From NCBI GenBank assembly GCA_041641305.1, contig JBEPYN010000001.1:672001-736000 (forward strand): DNA of 64,000 nucleotides, read 5' to 3'. Shown one piece after another: positions 38,340 through 48,999 of the stretch. The stretch is from Nitrososphaerota archaeon (GTDB lineage: Archaea > Thermoproteota > Nitrososphaeria_A > Caldarchaeales > Caldarchaeaceae). Under the pieces are notes generated by a model. It was not told the origin of the DNA. It searched no databases and saw only the letters and a list, made by a program, of their open reading frames with translations. A program made the translations under genes and the position numbers. Position 1 is the stretch's first letter, and each line of letters begins with the position of its first letter.

Positions 38340-38427
38340 GGCGGTGTTTGAATGTTTTCACACCTATTTATAGGCTGTCTCTTGATAACTATTTATTTCA
38401 CATGGTTTCCTTAATTGAGCGCAGAGG

Positions 38428-38721
38428 ATGGTGGATATGGCTGAGAAACAGATTACTCCAACGGTTTTGGTTGGGAAGAAGCCTGCGATGAGCTATGTGC
38501 TGGCGTGTCTGACGGGTTTCCAGAGCGGTGCGAAGGAGATTGTCGTCAAGGCCCGTGGCAGAGCTATTAGCAGAGCCGTCGACGTCGTGCAGATTGTGAA
38601 GAACAGGTTTCTGCAGGGGGTTAACATCAAAGACATACGCATCGGCACCGAGCAGATAACCGATGAGCAGAACCGGACACTCAACGTAAGCACCATAGAG
38701 ATTGTGCTGAGCTCGTCCTGA
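38428..38721 (+). CDS. albA: Chromatin protein Alba
   Basis: [33 protein letters not shown]. Confidence 0.95.
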   Translation: MVDMAEKQITPTVLVGKKPAMSYVLACLTGFQSGAKEIVVKARGRAISRAVDVVQIVKNRFLQGVNIKDIRIGTEQITDEQNRTLNVSTIEIVLSSS

Positions 38722-38742
38722 GGGGCAGTCTGATGCCCCACG

Positions 38743-39285
38743 GTGCCTGCGTTGGAGTTTCCGGTATGCGTCTTCGACCTAAAAACCGGTGTCCTATGCA
38801 GCAAGTGTGAGCAGAAAATCCGCCGAGGAGAGCTAACGTCAAACGACCTCGAGATTATGCGTTTTTTTCTCGACCTTGAAAAAAAATATCCCCAGATTTC
38901 TTCTCTGAAATATTTTAGAAGCCTTATGGCTGATGGTTATTTGTTTGTGTTTTTTGAGCGGGGGTTTTCGGGGCTTCCCGCCGATGTGCAAGCGGCTTTG
39001 AGGAATGAGCTTGGTCTCAGGACAGGGTTGCGTGTTAAGCTGATGGATGTTAGCAGGGATTTGAATGTGTTTCTGCAGAACCTTGTTGCGCCGGCGCGTC
39101 TCTTGACGATTAACAAGGTTTGGCTCCCTGACCAGACGACTGAGGTGAAGGCGGTTGTCGATGATGAGAGGGCTGTGGGTGTCCCCGCTAATGTGCTCGC
39201 AGATGTTGTTCACATGATTCTCAACGTGTCTGTTAGTTTTGAGTTTCAGCGGAGGACGAGGGCGCCTCCGCGGTTTGGACGGTGA
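38743..39285 (+). CDS. NusA-like transcription factor with N-terminal Zn motif
   Basis: PVCVFDLKTGVLCSKC N-terminus; conserved context between Alba and aspS. Confidence 0.7.
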   Translation: MPALEFPVCVFDLKTGVLCSKCEQKIRRGELTSNDLEIMRFFLDLEKKYPQISSLKYFRSLMADGYLFVFFERGFSGLPADVQAALRNELGLRTGLRVKLMDVSRDLNVFLQNLVAPARLLTINKVWLPDQTTEVKAVVDDERAVGVPANVLADVVHMILNVSVSFEFQRRTRAPPRFGR

Positions 39286-40613
39286 CTGGGTTGCTGGATG
39301 AAAGTGTGCGTATGGCTTTGCGTAGCCGTGTCATGGCGAGGGATGTGAAGCCCGAGCTGGATGGCAGAGGTGTCAACCTTTTCGGATGGGTTCATGAGAT
39401 ACGCGATCTTGGAAAGCTTGTCTTCATACTTCTCCGCGACGTGTCGGGAATTTGTCAGGTTGTCTTCAGGATGGAGGAGGTTGAGCAAAGTGTTAGAGAC
39501 GCTGTGAAGGGGTTGACCAACGAGTCCGCTATTTTTGTTGAGGGTGTTGTGGTGAAGCAGCCGCGGTCGAAGCTCGGTGTCGAGGTTGTTGGAAAGAGGC
39601 TGACTGTTTTGGGCCGTGCGGTGCCCAAGCTTGAGCTCGACCCTACCGGGAAGGTTCCAGCGGGACTGGATGCAAGGCTCCGTCACAGGATTCTCGACCT
39701 CAGGAGACCCGAGGTCAGAGCTGTCTTCCTCTTGGGCAGCGAAGTCCTCAAGGCCATGAGGGATTTCTTCCACATGAAAGGCTTTGTGGAGGTGCGGACG
39801 CCGAAGTTAATCGGCTCAGCGACCGAGGGCGGGGCCGAGCTTTTCGAGGTGAAGTATTTTGACAGGGCCGCTTACCTCGCCCAGAGTCCTCAGCTCTACA
39901 AGGAGCAGCTTACAACAGTTTTCGAGAAAGTCTGCGAGATAGGGCCCTATTTCCGGGCGGAAGCCTCGCACACAGGAAGGCACATCAGCGAATTCACCTC
40001 GGTCGACATCGAGCAAGCCTTCGCAGACATGTATGATGTGATGGATGTTCTCGAGGAGCTTGTCGTCCACGTCCATAGACACCTTGTCGAGAACAATCAG
40101 CATCTTTTGCAGATGCTTGGGGTGAACCTGCGTGTTCCGAAAAGGCCTTTCAAACGTTTCACCTACGACGAGGCTTTGGAAATTCTCCGGAGCGAGGGGG
40201 TTGAACTGCGGTGGGGCGAGGACTTCGGCACACCCCACCTACGGATACTCGGCAAAAAATACACCACCTACTACTTCATCACACATTTTCCAACCGAGTC
40301 CAAGCCCTTCTACATACAGGAAACAGAGAAAGACCCGAAGGTTTCCGAGTCATTTGACCTCATGTATCAGTGGCTTGAGCTGGCCTCGGGCGGGACACGT
40401 GTATCGGACCATGATGTGCTTGAGCGGAAGCTTCGGGAGAAGGGGCTTAACCCTGCTATGTTCGAGGATCATTTGAAGGTGTTTAGGTATGGGATGCCTG
40501 TTCACGCTGGATGGGGGCTCGGGTTTGAAAGATTTTTGATGGTGTTGACGCGGCGGACAAACATCCGGGAGACTGTGTTGTTTCCACGTGACAGGTTCAG
40601 GCTTACACCGTAG
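39282..40613 (+). CDS. aspS: Aspartyl-tRNA synthetase (archaeal type)
   Basis: GWVHEIRDLG, EGGAELF, LAQSPQLYK, FRAE..HT.RH, GMPVHAGWGLGFER, FPRD. Confidence 0.96.
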   Translation: MTGLLDESVRMALRSRVMARDVKPELDGRGVNLFGWVHEIRDLGKLVFILLRDVSGICQVVFRMEEVEQSVRDAVKGLTNESAIFVEGVVVKQPRSKLGVEVVGKRLTVLGRAVPKLELDPTGKVPAGLDARLRHRILDLRRPEVRAVFLLGSEVLKAMRDFFHMKGFVEVRTPKLIGSATEGGAELFEVKYFDRAAYLAQSPQLYKEQLTTVFEKVCEIGPYFRAEASHTGRHISEFTSVDIEQAFADMYDVMDVLEELVVHVHRHLVENNQHLLQMLGVNLRVPKRPFKRFTYDEALEILRSEGVELRWGEDFGTPHLRILGKKYTTYYFITHFPTESKPFYIQETEKDPKVSESFDLMYQWLELASGGTRVSDHDVLERKLREKGLNPAMFEDHLKVFRYGMPVHAGWGLGFERFLMVLTRRTNIRETVLFPRDRFRLTP

Positions 40614-41076
40614 TCGCCGCGGGCCTGCTGTAGCGTCGCATGTGATAGATTAGCGGCTGATCCTCCGAGAAAAGTTTTACCTGTTTCACCCGCCCCATGA
40701 TGATCAAGTGTGTTGAGCAGTCGACTTGGCCGCTGACCTCGCAGAAGAGCACGCCCAACACATCCTGCAGCACAGGAAAACCATCCTCAAGCACATACTT
40801 CACCCTCGAGAACCGCTCCTCATGCGGAGTGTATGCAAACACATCAGAGACCCAGCCCTGTTTCTCCGAGAGAAGGTTAACGCAGAAACGCCCCGATTTG
40901 AGAACACTTAAACATGTCTTGGTGGTTTTCTCCAAAGAGATGAGAACAGTAGGAGGCTCAAGCGAAACGGATGTGAAGGAGCTAACGGTCATCCCATGCG
41001 GCCGCCCCTCATAAAAAGTGGTGACAACCGTGACAGGCTGGGGAACACGCCTCATAAACTCCCTTAAATCGGTCAT
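40603..41076 (-). CDS. Flavin reductase-like protein
   Basis: PVTVVTT...GMTVSSFTSVSLEPP...H...PLIY. Confidence 0.9.
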   Translation of the reverse strand: MTDLREFMRRVPQPVTVVTTFYEGRPHGMTVSSFTSVSLEPPTVLISLEKTTKTCLSVLKSGRFCVNLLSEKQGWVSDVFAYTPHEERFSRVKYVLEDGFPVLQDVLGVLFCEVSGQVDCSTHLIIMGRVKQVKLFSEDQPLIYHMRRYSRPAATTV

Positions 41077-41120
41077 CTCCGCCAACCCAAGTGCACATTC
41101 TGGTTTTAACTCTGTTGGTC

Positions 41121-41624
41121 TTACTCTTTGACGGTGAACATGGTGTGTGTGGAGGTCATGTTTACCTCGGTTAGCAGCCATAACCGCTTGAACACGCGGT
41201 TGAAGAAATCATCACGCGCAACCTCGTCAACGCTAACAACCACATCCCACATGCCGAACAGCTCATGGGCCTCGAGAACCTCGTCGATGGACATGAGATA
41301 TTTTTCCCAGAGCTTGGGTGCGGAGGGCCTCCTCATCTTAATGAAGATGTATGCGCATTTACGTTTGGAGCTGGCCCCCTCTTTCTCAAATGAGAGGCCG
41401 CCTTCGTTAACTATGAGAGAGTTTGTGTCCACTACGCCATATCCACGCATAGCGTCCAAGACGCTGTTAAGGTGTTTGAGCGACTCGACGTTGACTTTGC
41501 TCATTACGTCATAGGGGCCCCAGATTAGGTATGATTCCTCCACGTTCTTGTCGGACCTTATGGCTTGGAGTGTCTCGATTAGGCCGCTTCGGCTGCCGAC
41601 TGTGCCGAGAACAAACGCTTTCAC
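41121..41624 (-). CDS. Tandem Lrp/AsnC ligand-binding (RAM) domain protein
   Basis: Two repeats (YLIWGPYDV..V and HELFGMWDVVV), each ending in T-x-S/T; no HTH. Confidence 0.75.
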   Translation of the reverse strand: MKAFVLGTVGSRSGLIETLQAIRSDKNVEESYLIWGPYDVMSKVNVESLKHLNSVLDAMRGYGVVDTNSLIVNEGGLSFEKEGASSKRKCAYIFIKMRRPSAPKLWEKYLMSIDEVLEAHELFGMWDVVVSVDEVARDDFFNRVFKRLWLLTEVNMTSTHTMFTVKE

Positions 41625-41659
41625 GTTTCTCTACAACATAGCAGGGTATTTTAGCTTTG

Positions 41660-42550
41660 TTAAACCGTTTCCCAAGCATATGCCGCGGCGCCCAGAAGAG
41701 CCGCGTCCTGCCCAAGTGAGGAGAGCTGCATCTCTGTCCTAAGCAGCTGATACTTTTTCATGATTTTTTGGGGTCTTTCAACGGTTTCGCGTGGATGGCT
41801 TAGGGCGAGGCCTCCGCCGACCACGAGAACCTCTGGGTCGAATGTGTTGATGACGGATGCGTAGCCCGCCGCGTTGTATTCCGCCATCTTCGCCACAACT
41901 TTTCTCGCTCTAGTGTCTCTTGGCAAACTTTCAAAAATCTCCCAAGAGGTTTTCCACAGCCTTTTTCCGAGCATCTGGGCTGCTAGCTTGGGCAACCCTG
42001 TTCCGGCGCAGAATGCCTCCCAGTGGCCTGTTCCGCCGCAGCCGCATCTAACCCGTGAATTCGCGTCCACAACTATGTGGCCTATCTCGACTGCGTTTCC
42101 GTCTTTCCCGAGCAGCAGATGGTTGTCGACAACAGCTCCTCCTCCAAGACCAGTCCCAAAAGCTATGTAGACAAGGTTTTCAACCCTCTTCTCTACGCCG
42201 AAAACCTTCTCACCCCACGCGGCGGCGGTGCAATCATTTAACAGAGCAAACGGGCCCCTGTGAACACTCTCAATTATCTCTTTCAGGTTTATGCTGAGAC
42301 CTCCGAGGTTCGGAGTGTTCAGGACGAGCCCTCTTTTGATCGATAACGGGCCTATGGAAGCTATTCCAAGGGGTGCTTTTGCTGAGACACCCGTCTGCCG
42401 CAGTATGCGGAAGCCTTGCCTAAACATTCCTTTGATGGCTGGAATTGTTTTAGGCGTTGTTGTAACTATTTTGCGGCGGATTTTTCCCGAAGGCGTCACG
42501 ACAGCGAAGCGTGTGTAGGTGGCGCCGAAGTCTACAGCGACTATGTCCAT
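41660..42550 (-). CDS. ROK family sugar kinase
   Basis: VDFGAT, LNDCTAAA.GE, GTGLGGG, EIGH..CGCG..GHWE. Confidence 0.9.
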   Translation of the reverse strand: MDIVAVDFGATYTRFAVVTPSGKIRRKIVTTTPKTIPAIKGMFRQGFRILRQTGVSAKAPLGIASIGPLSIKRGLVLNTPNLGGLSINLKEIIESVHRGPFALLNDCTAAAWGEKVFGVEKRVENLVYIAFGTGLGGGAVVDNHLLLGKDGNAVEIGHIVVDANSRVRCGCGGTGHWEAFCAGTGLPKLAAQMLGKRLWKTSWEIFESLPRDTRARKVVAKMAEYNAAGYASVINTFDPEVLVVGGGLALSHPRETVERPQKIMKKYQLLRTEMQLSSLGQDAALLGAAAYAWETV

Positions 42551-43926
42551 GGGACGTCGATGTATTTCCCTGGGTTAAGTATGTTGTCGGGGTCGAAGAC
42601 TTTTTTGATTTTCTGCATCAGCCTGAGTGTTTCGACGCCGTTGTGCGCCTCGAGCTGCTGCACAAGCTCCCTCATCTTCTGAAGGCCGACGCCGTGTTCA
42701 CCCGTTATTGTTCCACCCACCTCTATCGCGAAACGGACAAGATCCCTGACAGCCTGCTCAGCTCTCTGAACTTCTTCAGGGTTGTCGGGGTCGTAGAATA
42801 TCAGGGGATGTATGTTTCCGTCGCCCGCGTGGCCGTTCATCGAGATCGTCAAACCATGTTTTCTCGAAAGCTCCTGCACCTTCTCGAGATAGTCCACTAT
42901 CCTGTCTATGGGTACGCAGACATCCTCCACCATCACCTCCTTGGCGACAGAGCGGATGGCGAGGTACATCGTGGCCCTTATCTGGAGAAGCTGCTCAGCC
43001 TCCTCCTCTGTCTCAGCGACCTTCACCTCCTTCACGTGGTTTCTCTCGAGGATTTCGAGAACCTTTGGCAGCTCTTTCCCCGTTATCTCCTCAACATCTA
43101 TCAGCAGCATCGCCTCACCAACTGGCAGGGATGTTCCATGCATCTTATTGGCTGCCTCAAGCCCTACTCTGTCAAAGAACTCAAGCATCCGTGGAACAAC
43201 TCTGTTTGTACGTATGTCGATGATGGCTCTGCCCGCATCCCTCCAATCGTCAAACACGGCGTAAATCCTTCTTATGCTGAATTCGGACAGCGGCGCAATC
43301 TTGAGCCAAGCCTCGACGATCACGCCTAGGGTTCCCTCGCTGCCCACCATCAGTTGGCACAGGTTGTAGCCTGCCCTGTTCTTTGCAAGCGGCTCGCCGA
43401 AGACAACCACGTCACCTGAGGCGAGCACAACCTTGACGGCGAGCACCCAGTCTTTGACTGTTCCGTACTTGACGCAGCGGAGCCCTCCAGCCCCCTCTGC
43501 TACGGCGCCTCCCACGGTGCAGAGAAAACTGCTCGCGGGGTCGGGTGGGAAGAAGAAGCCATATTCCCTAAGCGTGTTGTTCAACTGCTCGAGAACAACC
43601 CCCGCCTCCACATGTGCATAGTAGTTTACCGTGTCCACCTTCAGTATACGTGTCATGGCTGACAAATCCAAGACCAGGCTGTCTGTCACAACTGCGCCGG
43701 TCAGGCTCGAGCCCGCGCCCCAAACCGTCAAAGGAATTTTCATGCGGCTACAGTATCTCAAAAGCTTAGACACATCCTCTACACAGCTAGCTCTTACGAC
43801 GATCTTGGGCCTCCGCGTGAACCCGCCCATGTCACGAGAATATTTTTCAACATTCTCCTCATCTGTGAAGACTTTATCGCCGCCGAGCAGGAGACGCAGC
43901 TCCTCCGCAACTTTTCCAAAATCCAT
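42541..43926 (-). CDS. FAD-linked oxidase (GlcD / D-lactate dehydrogenase family)
   Basis: GAGSSLTG, PPDPASS, GSEGTLG, GHAGDGNIH, GEHGVG, LNPGK. Confidence 0.9.
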   Translation of the reverse strand: MDFGKVAEELRLLLGGDKVFTDEENVEKYSRDMGGFTRRPKIVVRASCVEDVSKLLRYCSRMKIPLTVWGAGSSLTGAVVTDSLVLDLSAMTRILKVDTVNYYAHVEAGVVLEQLNNTLREYGFFFPPDPASSFLCTVGGAVAEGAGGLRCVKYGTVKDWVLAVKVVLASGDVVVFGEPLAKNRAGYNLCQLMVGSEGTLGVIVEAWLKIAPLSEFSIRRIYAVFDDWRDAGRAIIDIRTNRVVPRMLEFFDRVGLEAANKMHGTSLPVGEAMLLIDVEEITGKELPKVLEILERNHVKEVKVAETEEEAEQLLQIRATMYLAIRSVAKEVMVEDVCVPIDRIVDYLEKVQELSRKHGLTISMNGHAGDGNIHPLIFYDPDNPEEVQRAEQAVRDLVRFAIEVGGTITGEHGVGLQKMRELVQQLEAHNGVETLRLMQKIKKVFDPDNILNPGKYIDVPWT

Positions 43927-43957
43927 GCCTCTACTGGTTCATCGTATTCTAAAAGGG

Positions 43958-44716
43958 TTATGCGAGGATGAGCTGGATGATAGTGTCTTTGAGCTTGTTG
44001 AAGCTTGTTTCTTCCTGTTTTTCTTTGTATTGTTTTAGGTGGGTTAGCAGGGTTGGGTCGTTTTTTCTTTCTCGGAGTATTGTGCGGATGAGGTAGGATG
44101 TGAAGGATGTGACGTTTCTCGGTTTTCTCTGCTGGGAGCTGTGGCTGAAGTCGATGATTGTTGCTTTTCCACGGGGTGAGATGATGACGTGGTCGGAGGA
44201 GTTTGAGAGCTGGCCATGGTCGAGATGAATTTTGTCGAGTAGATGTGCTTGGTCGAGAATCTTCCCCACTATCTCGGCTATTTCTGCGCGGTTGTTTGCT
44301 TTGATGAATTGTGCCAGGGTCTCACCTTCGACATATTCCATGATGATGACGTGTTGGGAGTGGTTGAGAAGCCTCGGCCCCACATCGACCGTGTTGGCTT
44401 TCCCGAGATGCATCGCCTCCTGCACCACAGTCGGAACAGCTGCGTCAGTCCGCACCACCTTCACAGCGACACATACATCATCCACGAGGCCGAGGAAAAC
44501 CATGCCACGGCCGCCTTTCCCAAGCAAATAGGGCGCAAGCTTCCCAGACGACTCCGAAACCCCCACCGCAGCCACGCCCAGGATGTCAAGCTCCCGCAAA
44601 ACCTCCAACACTCTATTCTCTTCCCCCGACGGGTAGGCGAACAAACTGAGGTCGACGCCTTTCTCTCTCAGCTGGTTGAGAGAGAGGAAATGTATGTTGC
44701 GATGTATTTGGGACAT
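43958..44716 (-). CDS. RIO-like / atypical Ser-Thr protein kinase
   Basis: LGKGGRGMV, VAVKV, IIMEYVEG, DHGQLS, IIDF. Confidence 0.8.
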   Translation of the reverse strand: MSQIHRNIHFLSLNQLREKGVDLSLFAYPSGEENRVLEVLRELDILGVAAVGVSESSGKLAPYLLGKGGRGMVFLGLVDDVCVAVKVVRTDAAVPTVVQEAMHLGKANTVDVGPRLLNHSQHVIIMEYVEGETLAQFIKANNRAEIAEIVGKILDQAHLLDKIHLDHGQLSNSSDHVIISPRGKATIIDFSHSSQQRKPRNVTSFTSYLIRTILRERKNDPTLLTHLKQYKEKQEETSFNKLKDTIIQLILA

Positions 44717-46029
44717 GTTCTCACAAACTCTTTGAGGAAATGTTTTCCCTCGCCCGTGAGCGTCTCCATGAGGCTAGCTATGTTTGTGTAGGTTTTCGCG
44801 TTTCTCAGATGGGGTTGGAGATGTTTGGAGACGGACGCCTGGCCCGATTGTATGAGATGCTGGAGGGCCTCAGCCGCGTCGCGGTGCCTCCTCCTCAACA
44901 GCGAATACAGCCTGTCTCCAGACACCCATGGAGGAGCCAACAACATTTTCTTAAGCATCTGCTCAGCGATGAACCGTTCAGCGTTGCCGCTCCACACAGG
45001 AGGACCCCTATGCAACACAACAGGTGGAAGAATGTTTGTCTCAAGCTCGAAGACCATGACACCTGTTTTTTCCTCGGCCCATCTATCGTATCTCAGCACG
45101 GTGAAGCCGAGGCCGTTGAGGCCGCGGGCCAATCCTTCGACGGTGTGGTTAAGCTCTCCCCAGAGAACGTCGGGCGGCTGCTCAGGCACGGAGAAGACGA
45201 GGCCCAGAAAACTCCGTTCCTCGACAACATCTTCCAAGCCTGTGTCGCCGACGAAATAGTCTTCGCTGGGTTTTGTGAGGAAGAGTTTGGATTTGAGGAT
45301 GAAGTTTGACAGGGTTGTGAGGGAGATTGCTGCGGCTGTGTTGCGGCTTGGGTCGACTGGGTCGGGTAAATGAAGCACGGTGTCTGGGGCTGGTTTGCCT
45401 TCGCCAAGCACCACAGGAGGCCTCCACTTTGAAGCAGCCTGAAGAAGCGAGGTGAAGGAGCCGAACCTGATTATCAAAAGTTCGCAGACGTATCCGCTGA
45501 AGCCTCTTGTCTTCAACTCGGCGCCGTAGAGGTTGTCGTTCATGAGGAAGGCTTTGAGGAGACGGACATGGTCAGCGCCGCCGGGTGGAAGGTTTTTCTT
45601 CACATAGGCTGTGTGGTAGGGTGTGCGGTCGACTGGTGTAATCCATCTCCCATACTCGGCGTCATAGCATGGAACGATGTTGACACGTATGCCGTCCACA
45701 AACCCTTCCACGTAGGGGTGGCTCGCATACCGAAGCCGATAAGCGCCACCAACCCCGACAACGGCCTTCACACCCTCTTCGACGACGCGGCGGCAGGCCT
45801 CATCGACGGGAAACCCTGGCCTAAAATGGATGAAGATGTCGCTCTCCTCCCTGCCGCGGACCATCGTCCCCTTCGCGAAAGAACCCTCAACAGAGACAAG
45901 GCCCCTGCCGAAAACATCCTCAAGCCGCTGAACCAAACGTGATGTAACATCCTCGGTCTTCTCAAGCGTTTCTTGCAAGGGCCTGAGCTGCTCAACCACA
46001 CGCCGAAGCACGTCCTCAACAGCTGTCAA
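44668..46029 (-). CDS. cca: CCA-adding enzyme (class I tRNA nucleotidyltransferase)
   Basis: GSFAKGT..E.DIF, YASHPYV, VDRTPYH, GFSGYVCELL, DPVDPSRN. Confidence 0.95.
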   Translation of the reverse strand: MTAVEDVLRRVVEQLRPLQETLEKTEDVTSRLVQRLEDVFGRGLVSVEGSFAKGTMVRGREESDIFIHFRPGFPVDEACRRVVEEGVKAVVGVGGAYRLRYASHPYVEGFVDGIRVNIVPCYDAEYGRWITPVDRTPYHTAYVKKNLPPGGADHVRLLKAFLMNDNLYGAELKTRGFSGYVCELLIIRFGSFTSLLQAASKWRPPVVLGEGKPAPDTVLHLPDPVDPSRNTAAAISLTTLSNFILKSKLFLTKPSEDYFVGDTGLEDVVEERSFLGLVFSVPEQPPDVLWGELNHTVEGLARGLNGLGFTVLRYDRWAEEKTGVMVFELETNILPPVVLHRGPPVWSGNAERFIAEQMLKKMLLAPPWVSGDRLYSLLRRRHRDAAEALQHLIQSGQASVSKHLQPHLRNAKTYTNIASLMETLTGEGKHFLKEFVRTCPKYIATYISSLSTS

Positions 46030-46577
46030 AGATTCTTCACCGCCAAATCCGAGTAAACAGGGCCTGAGGAGGTTAGCACACTCTTCTTCAACACGATTTT
46101 GTTGACGAGCTGTTTGCCGAAGAATGTGTTTCTGTTTCTGTTGATGACGTCGAGGAGCTGGCCGCGGTTTCTGAGATACTTGACTCTGCAGACGGTTAGG
46201 TGGGGGATGAACCTCTGCTCCTCAACCCTGATACGTGGAAGACGTTTCCGAAGCTGGCTATACACCTCAACCAGGTTATCAGCACCATCCCTCACCCCAA
46301 CCCATATCACATTAACACGGCCTCCTCCCGGAAAATAGCCTACACCATTCATCTCAATCTCGAAAGGCTTCGACTCTATGGAGTGCAGGGCCTTCTCGGC
46401 TTCGGCTACCTCTGTGTCATCCAGCTCGCCAAGGAAGAGGAGTGTGATGTGTAGGTTTTGGGGTTCAACGGGTTTGAGGCCTTCTCCAGCGGCTCTAAGC
46501 AGCTCGTTCTGAAGTGCGACGAGGTTTTGGACGGTTTGCTCATCGTGTATGTCGACGGCGAAGAAAGCTCTAACCAC
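46026..46577 (-). CDS. thpR: RNA 2',3'-cyclic phosphodiesterase (2H family)
   Basis: RAFFAVD; two HxT motifs (LHITL, PHLTV); GPVY. Confidence 0.92.
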   Translation of the reverse strand: MVRAFFAVDIHDEQTVQNLVALQNELLRAAGEGLKPVEPQNLHITLLFLGELDDTEVAEAEKALHSIESKPFEIEMNGVGYFPGGGRVNVIWVGVRDGADNLVEVYSQLRKRLPRIRVEEQRFIPHLTVCRVKYLRNRGQLLDVINRNRNTFFGKQLVNKIVLKKSVLTSSGPVYSDLAVKNL

Positions 46578-47244
46578 GTAGACGCGCCTCCCTCAGGAAT
46601 ACAAGCTTCTCAGCCAGCATGGACGCCACCTCATCCAACATACTGTCGCCGTTGAACACCTTAACCGCCTCACTCGGCCTCCACATGAGATAGACATCAT
46701 AGTATTGGCTCACAAGCCTCTGCAGCTCCTCGTCAACCTCGAGAACCCTGTCGCTCGAGACGGTTTTCTGCGCGGTCCGTCTACGCCGCGTCTCTTCATC
46801 CACTTCAACCACAACTGTTAGATCAGGTTTTGCGAAAACATCTTTCCCAAGCATTTCAACAATTTCGATAAACTGTGTGAACAGTTTCTCCTCAACTTTT
46901 CTACCGTATCGCTTCGACCAAAGGGCGAACCCGTAAACGACCGAGCAGAGGCTGTATCTGTCTATCATCATATAGTCTGGTTTCTTCTCCTCGATGATTT
47001 TCTTGATGACTGAGCTGTCGTCTGATGTGTTTGCGAGGAAGAGGAGCATCCGTGTCAGGGGATCTGTCTCGGGTCTGTTGCCGTGTTGTGCTGCGAAAAT
47101 GCCTGATGGGGTGAGGCTGGGTGTCTTGTAGGTCTGGACACCGTGGCCCCTCTCAGCAAGCTTGCTGACAACCGCGTTCATAAGGGTTGTTTTACCCGAG
47201 CCGTCGACACCCTCCCACGCCACCACAAAAGATGAGCCGAGCAT
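46570..47244 (-). CDS. tmk: Thymidylate kinase
   Basis: EGVDGSGKTT, IDRY..S..YG, KPDL. Confidence 0.85.
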   Translation of the reverse strand: MLGSSFVVAWEGVDGSGKTTLMNAVVSKLAERGHGVQTYKTPSLTPSGIFAAQHGNRPETDPLTRMLLFLANTSDDSSVIKKIIEEKKPDYMMIDRYSLCSVVYGFALWSKRYGRKVEEKLFTQFIEIVEMLGKDVFAKPDLTVVVEVDEETRRRRTAQKTVSSDRVLEVDEELQRLVSQYYDVYLMWRPSEAVKVFNGDSMLDEVASMLAEKLVFLREARLRG

Positions 47245-47316
47245 CCGGCCACAAGGTCAAGCAATTTTTATTAAGGATTAATTGAACTTAGCCCCTGTAC
47301 CCTAATTCCCTTGGTT

Positions 47317-47793
47317 CTATGTCCTCTTTCTGACAACATACATACGCCCTTCTTCAACAACCACGCTAAACCTGATGTCCTGCTCCGCCATAATGTTGTC
47401 AACATCATAGGGCGTGGCATAAGACAGAATTGTTATGTGGCTTTTCCTATAAGCTGTTTCAGCATCAACACGGCTCATATAAATCTGTTGGAACAGCATA
47501 TCGCTTCAATCAAAAACCATCCACTACGTGAGACGCCATTAGTGACAACGGTATTTTGCGAAGCATTTTATATGTTCCTCTAGGTCTTTGGATTTTTCAG
47601 CAGTGAGGGTGAACTCAATAGTTCGCTCAGTCACGTTGCACGGTATCGTAACTTTCTGCGGAAGAGAGAGCAGCGCTTGAAACGTTTTTTTTGCGGCGGC
47701 CACAGCCACTGAGCTTGGAGACTGGACCTGCAGCAGGATGGTCTTATAAGGCCGTGGGCGAACTATACAAAACTCAAAACCTAGACCCAACAT
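47317..47793 (-). pseudogene. Possible fragmented gene remnant of unknown function
   Basis: Two short same-strand ORFs (47539-47793, 47317-47499) in an AT-richer stretch; no recognisable motifs. Confidence 0.25.
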
Positions 47794-48078
47794 GCCAAAG
47801 GCTCAGGCGGTATAGCCAAATTAGCACCGCCGACTGTCGTCTGGCGGAGCCCAATACAAATCCCGGCCTGGCGGATATATTGATATGTGGTGATGTGCGA
47901 TAAAGTAGGTTGCAGAAATTCTCTTTAAGATGATGGAAGAAAATAGTTGATGGCTGGCTGACAAGCACGACAACAATTTTTTACCGGTTGGGACTAAATT
48001 CCTCCACCGCCTCCTCAAAATCCAGAGCAGTCTAGCAACGTCCTATCACTAACTGTTACGTTGTAATTTTCAACGAAT

Positions 48079-48870
48079 TTATCCCGATTTGCTCGGCAGG
48101 ATTTTGATACCAGTATTCGCTAACTCCTCGTGAAATTCTTTCAGAAGGAAAAGGCTTATGTCATCTTGAGTTTTCTCGCCCTTCCTAAACGGGGTGTCAA
48201 GTATGTGTGTTAGGCGGTTCATGTAATTGACGAAGTAGGCGAGAATGCCAAAGGTCGCCATAGCCGAGGTTATGTTCTGCGACTCTGTGAAAAAGAGCAC
48301 CGTGATTACGCCAATCATTAGAACATCTGCTAGCAACCTTGCTGAAGGAAGGTATGCAATCCGCTGGATATAGTAGATGCGCAGAACTATTTTCAAGAGG
48401 TTTTCACGAGCGTCCTTGATACGTGAAATACTTGTCGACGATGTTCCATACATCTCAATTTCGGAAACGAGGTTGGACAATTTTCTGATATTTTCGATAC
48501 AAGGTCGGAGATCTGCGAAACCACTCTGTTTCTCAACACCTCTGATAAAGCTGTTGATGATTGCCAAAATGTTGCTGCGGATTCCCTCTATATTCAGTTT
48601 TCCATGAATGGCTTGTAAGGCTCTGGCTTCATCCCAAATCTTCTCAAGAAGAGCACGGATCTCGGCGGGAGCCCTCTCCGCCTCCTTATAGTCGGTGACC
48701 AGTCCCGCTAAAATAAACCCCATAACAAAGAGAGCGCCAGTAACCACGCTCCCAACTAGGAAATTTGGCTGAATGAACTCTAACCCGTTTGAATACACCA
48801 CATATTTAGCCAAAACCAAGGGGGCTGTCATCATGAAGGCGGTTAACGCTACACTGGATCTTACAAACAT
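48079..48870 (-). CDS. Hypothetical membrane protein, bestrophin-like topology
   Basis: 2 TM, soluble helical domain, 2 TM; GFILAGLVTDYKEAER and LDTPF resemble bestrophin-like families. Confidence 0.55.
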   Translation of the reverse strand: MFVRSSVALTAFMMTAPLVLAKYVVYSNGLEFIQPNFLVGSVVTGALFVMGFILAGLVTDYKEAERAPAEIRALLEKIWDEARALQAIHGKLNIEGIRSNILAIINSFIRGVEKQSGFADLRPCIENIRKLSNLVSEIEMYGTSSTSISRIKDARENLLKIVLRIYYIQRIAYLPSARLLADVLMIGVITVLFFTESQNITSAMATFGILAYFVNYMNRLTHILDTPFRKGEKTQDDISLFLLKEFHEELANTGIKILPSKSG

Positions 48871-48999
48871 CCGATAAACCCCAAAAAGAGGGATATATAG
48901 TCCTTTTTTCCGACTGCAGCTCTCTCCCTTGCCAGTACAATCAAAGTGGATATTACACCACACTTCACAGCCTTGTTCGCCTATGATGTGTAAGATGTT

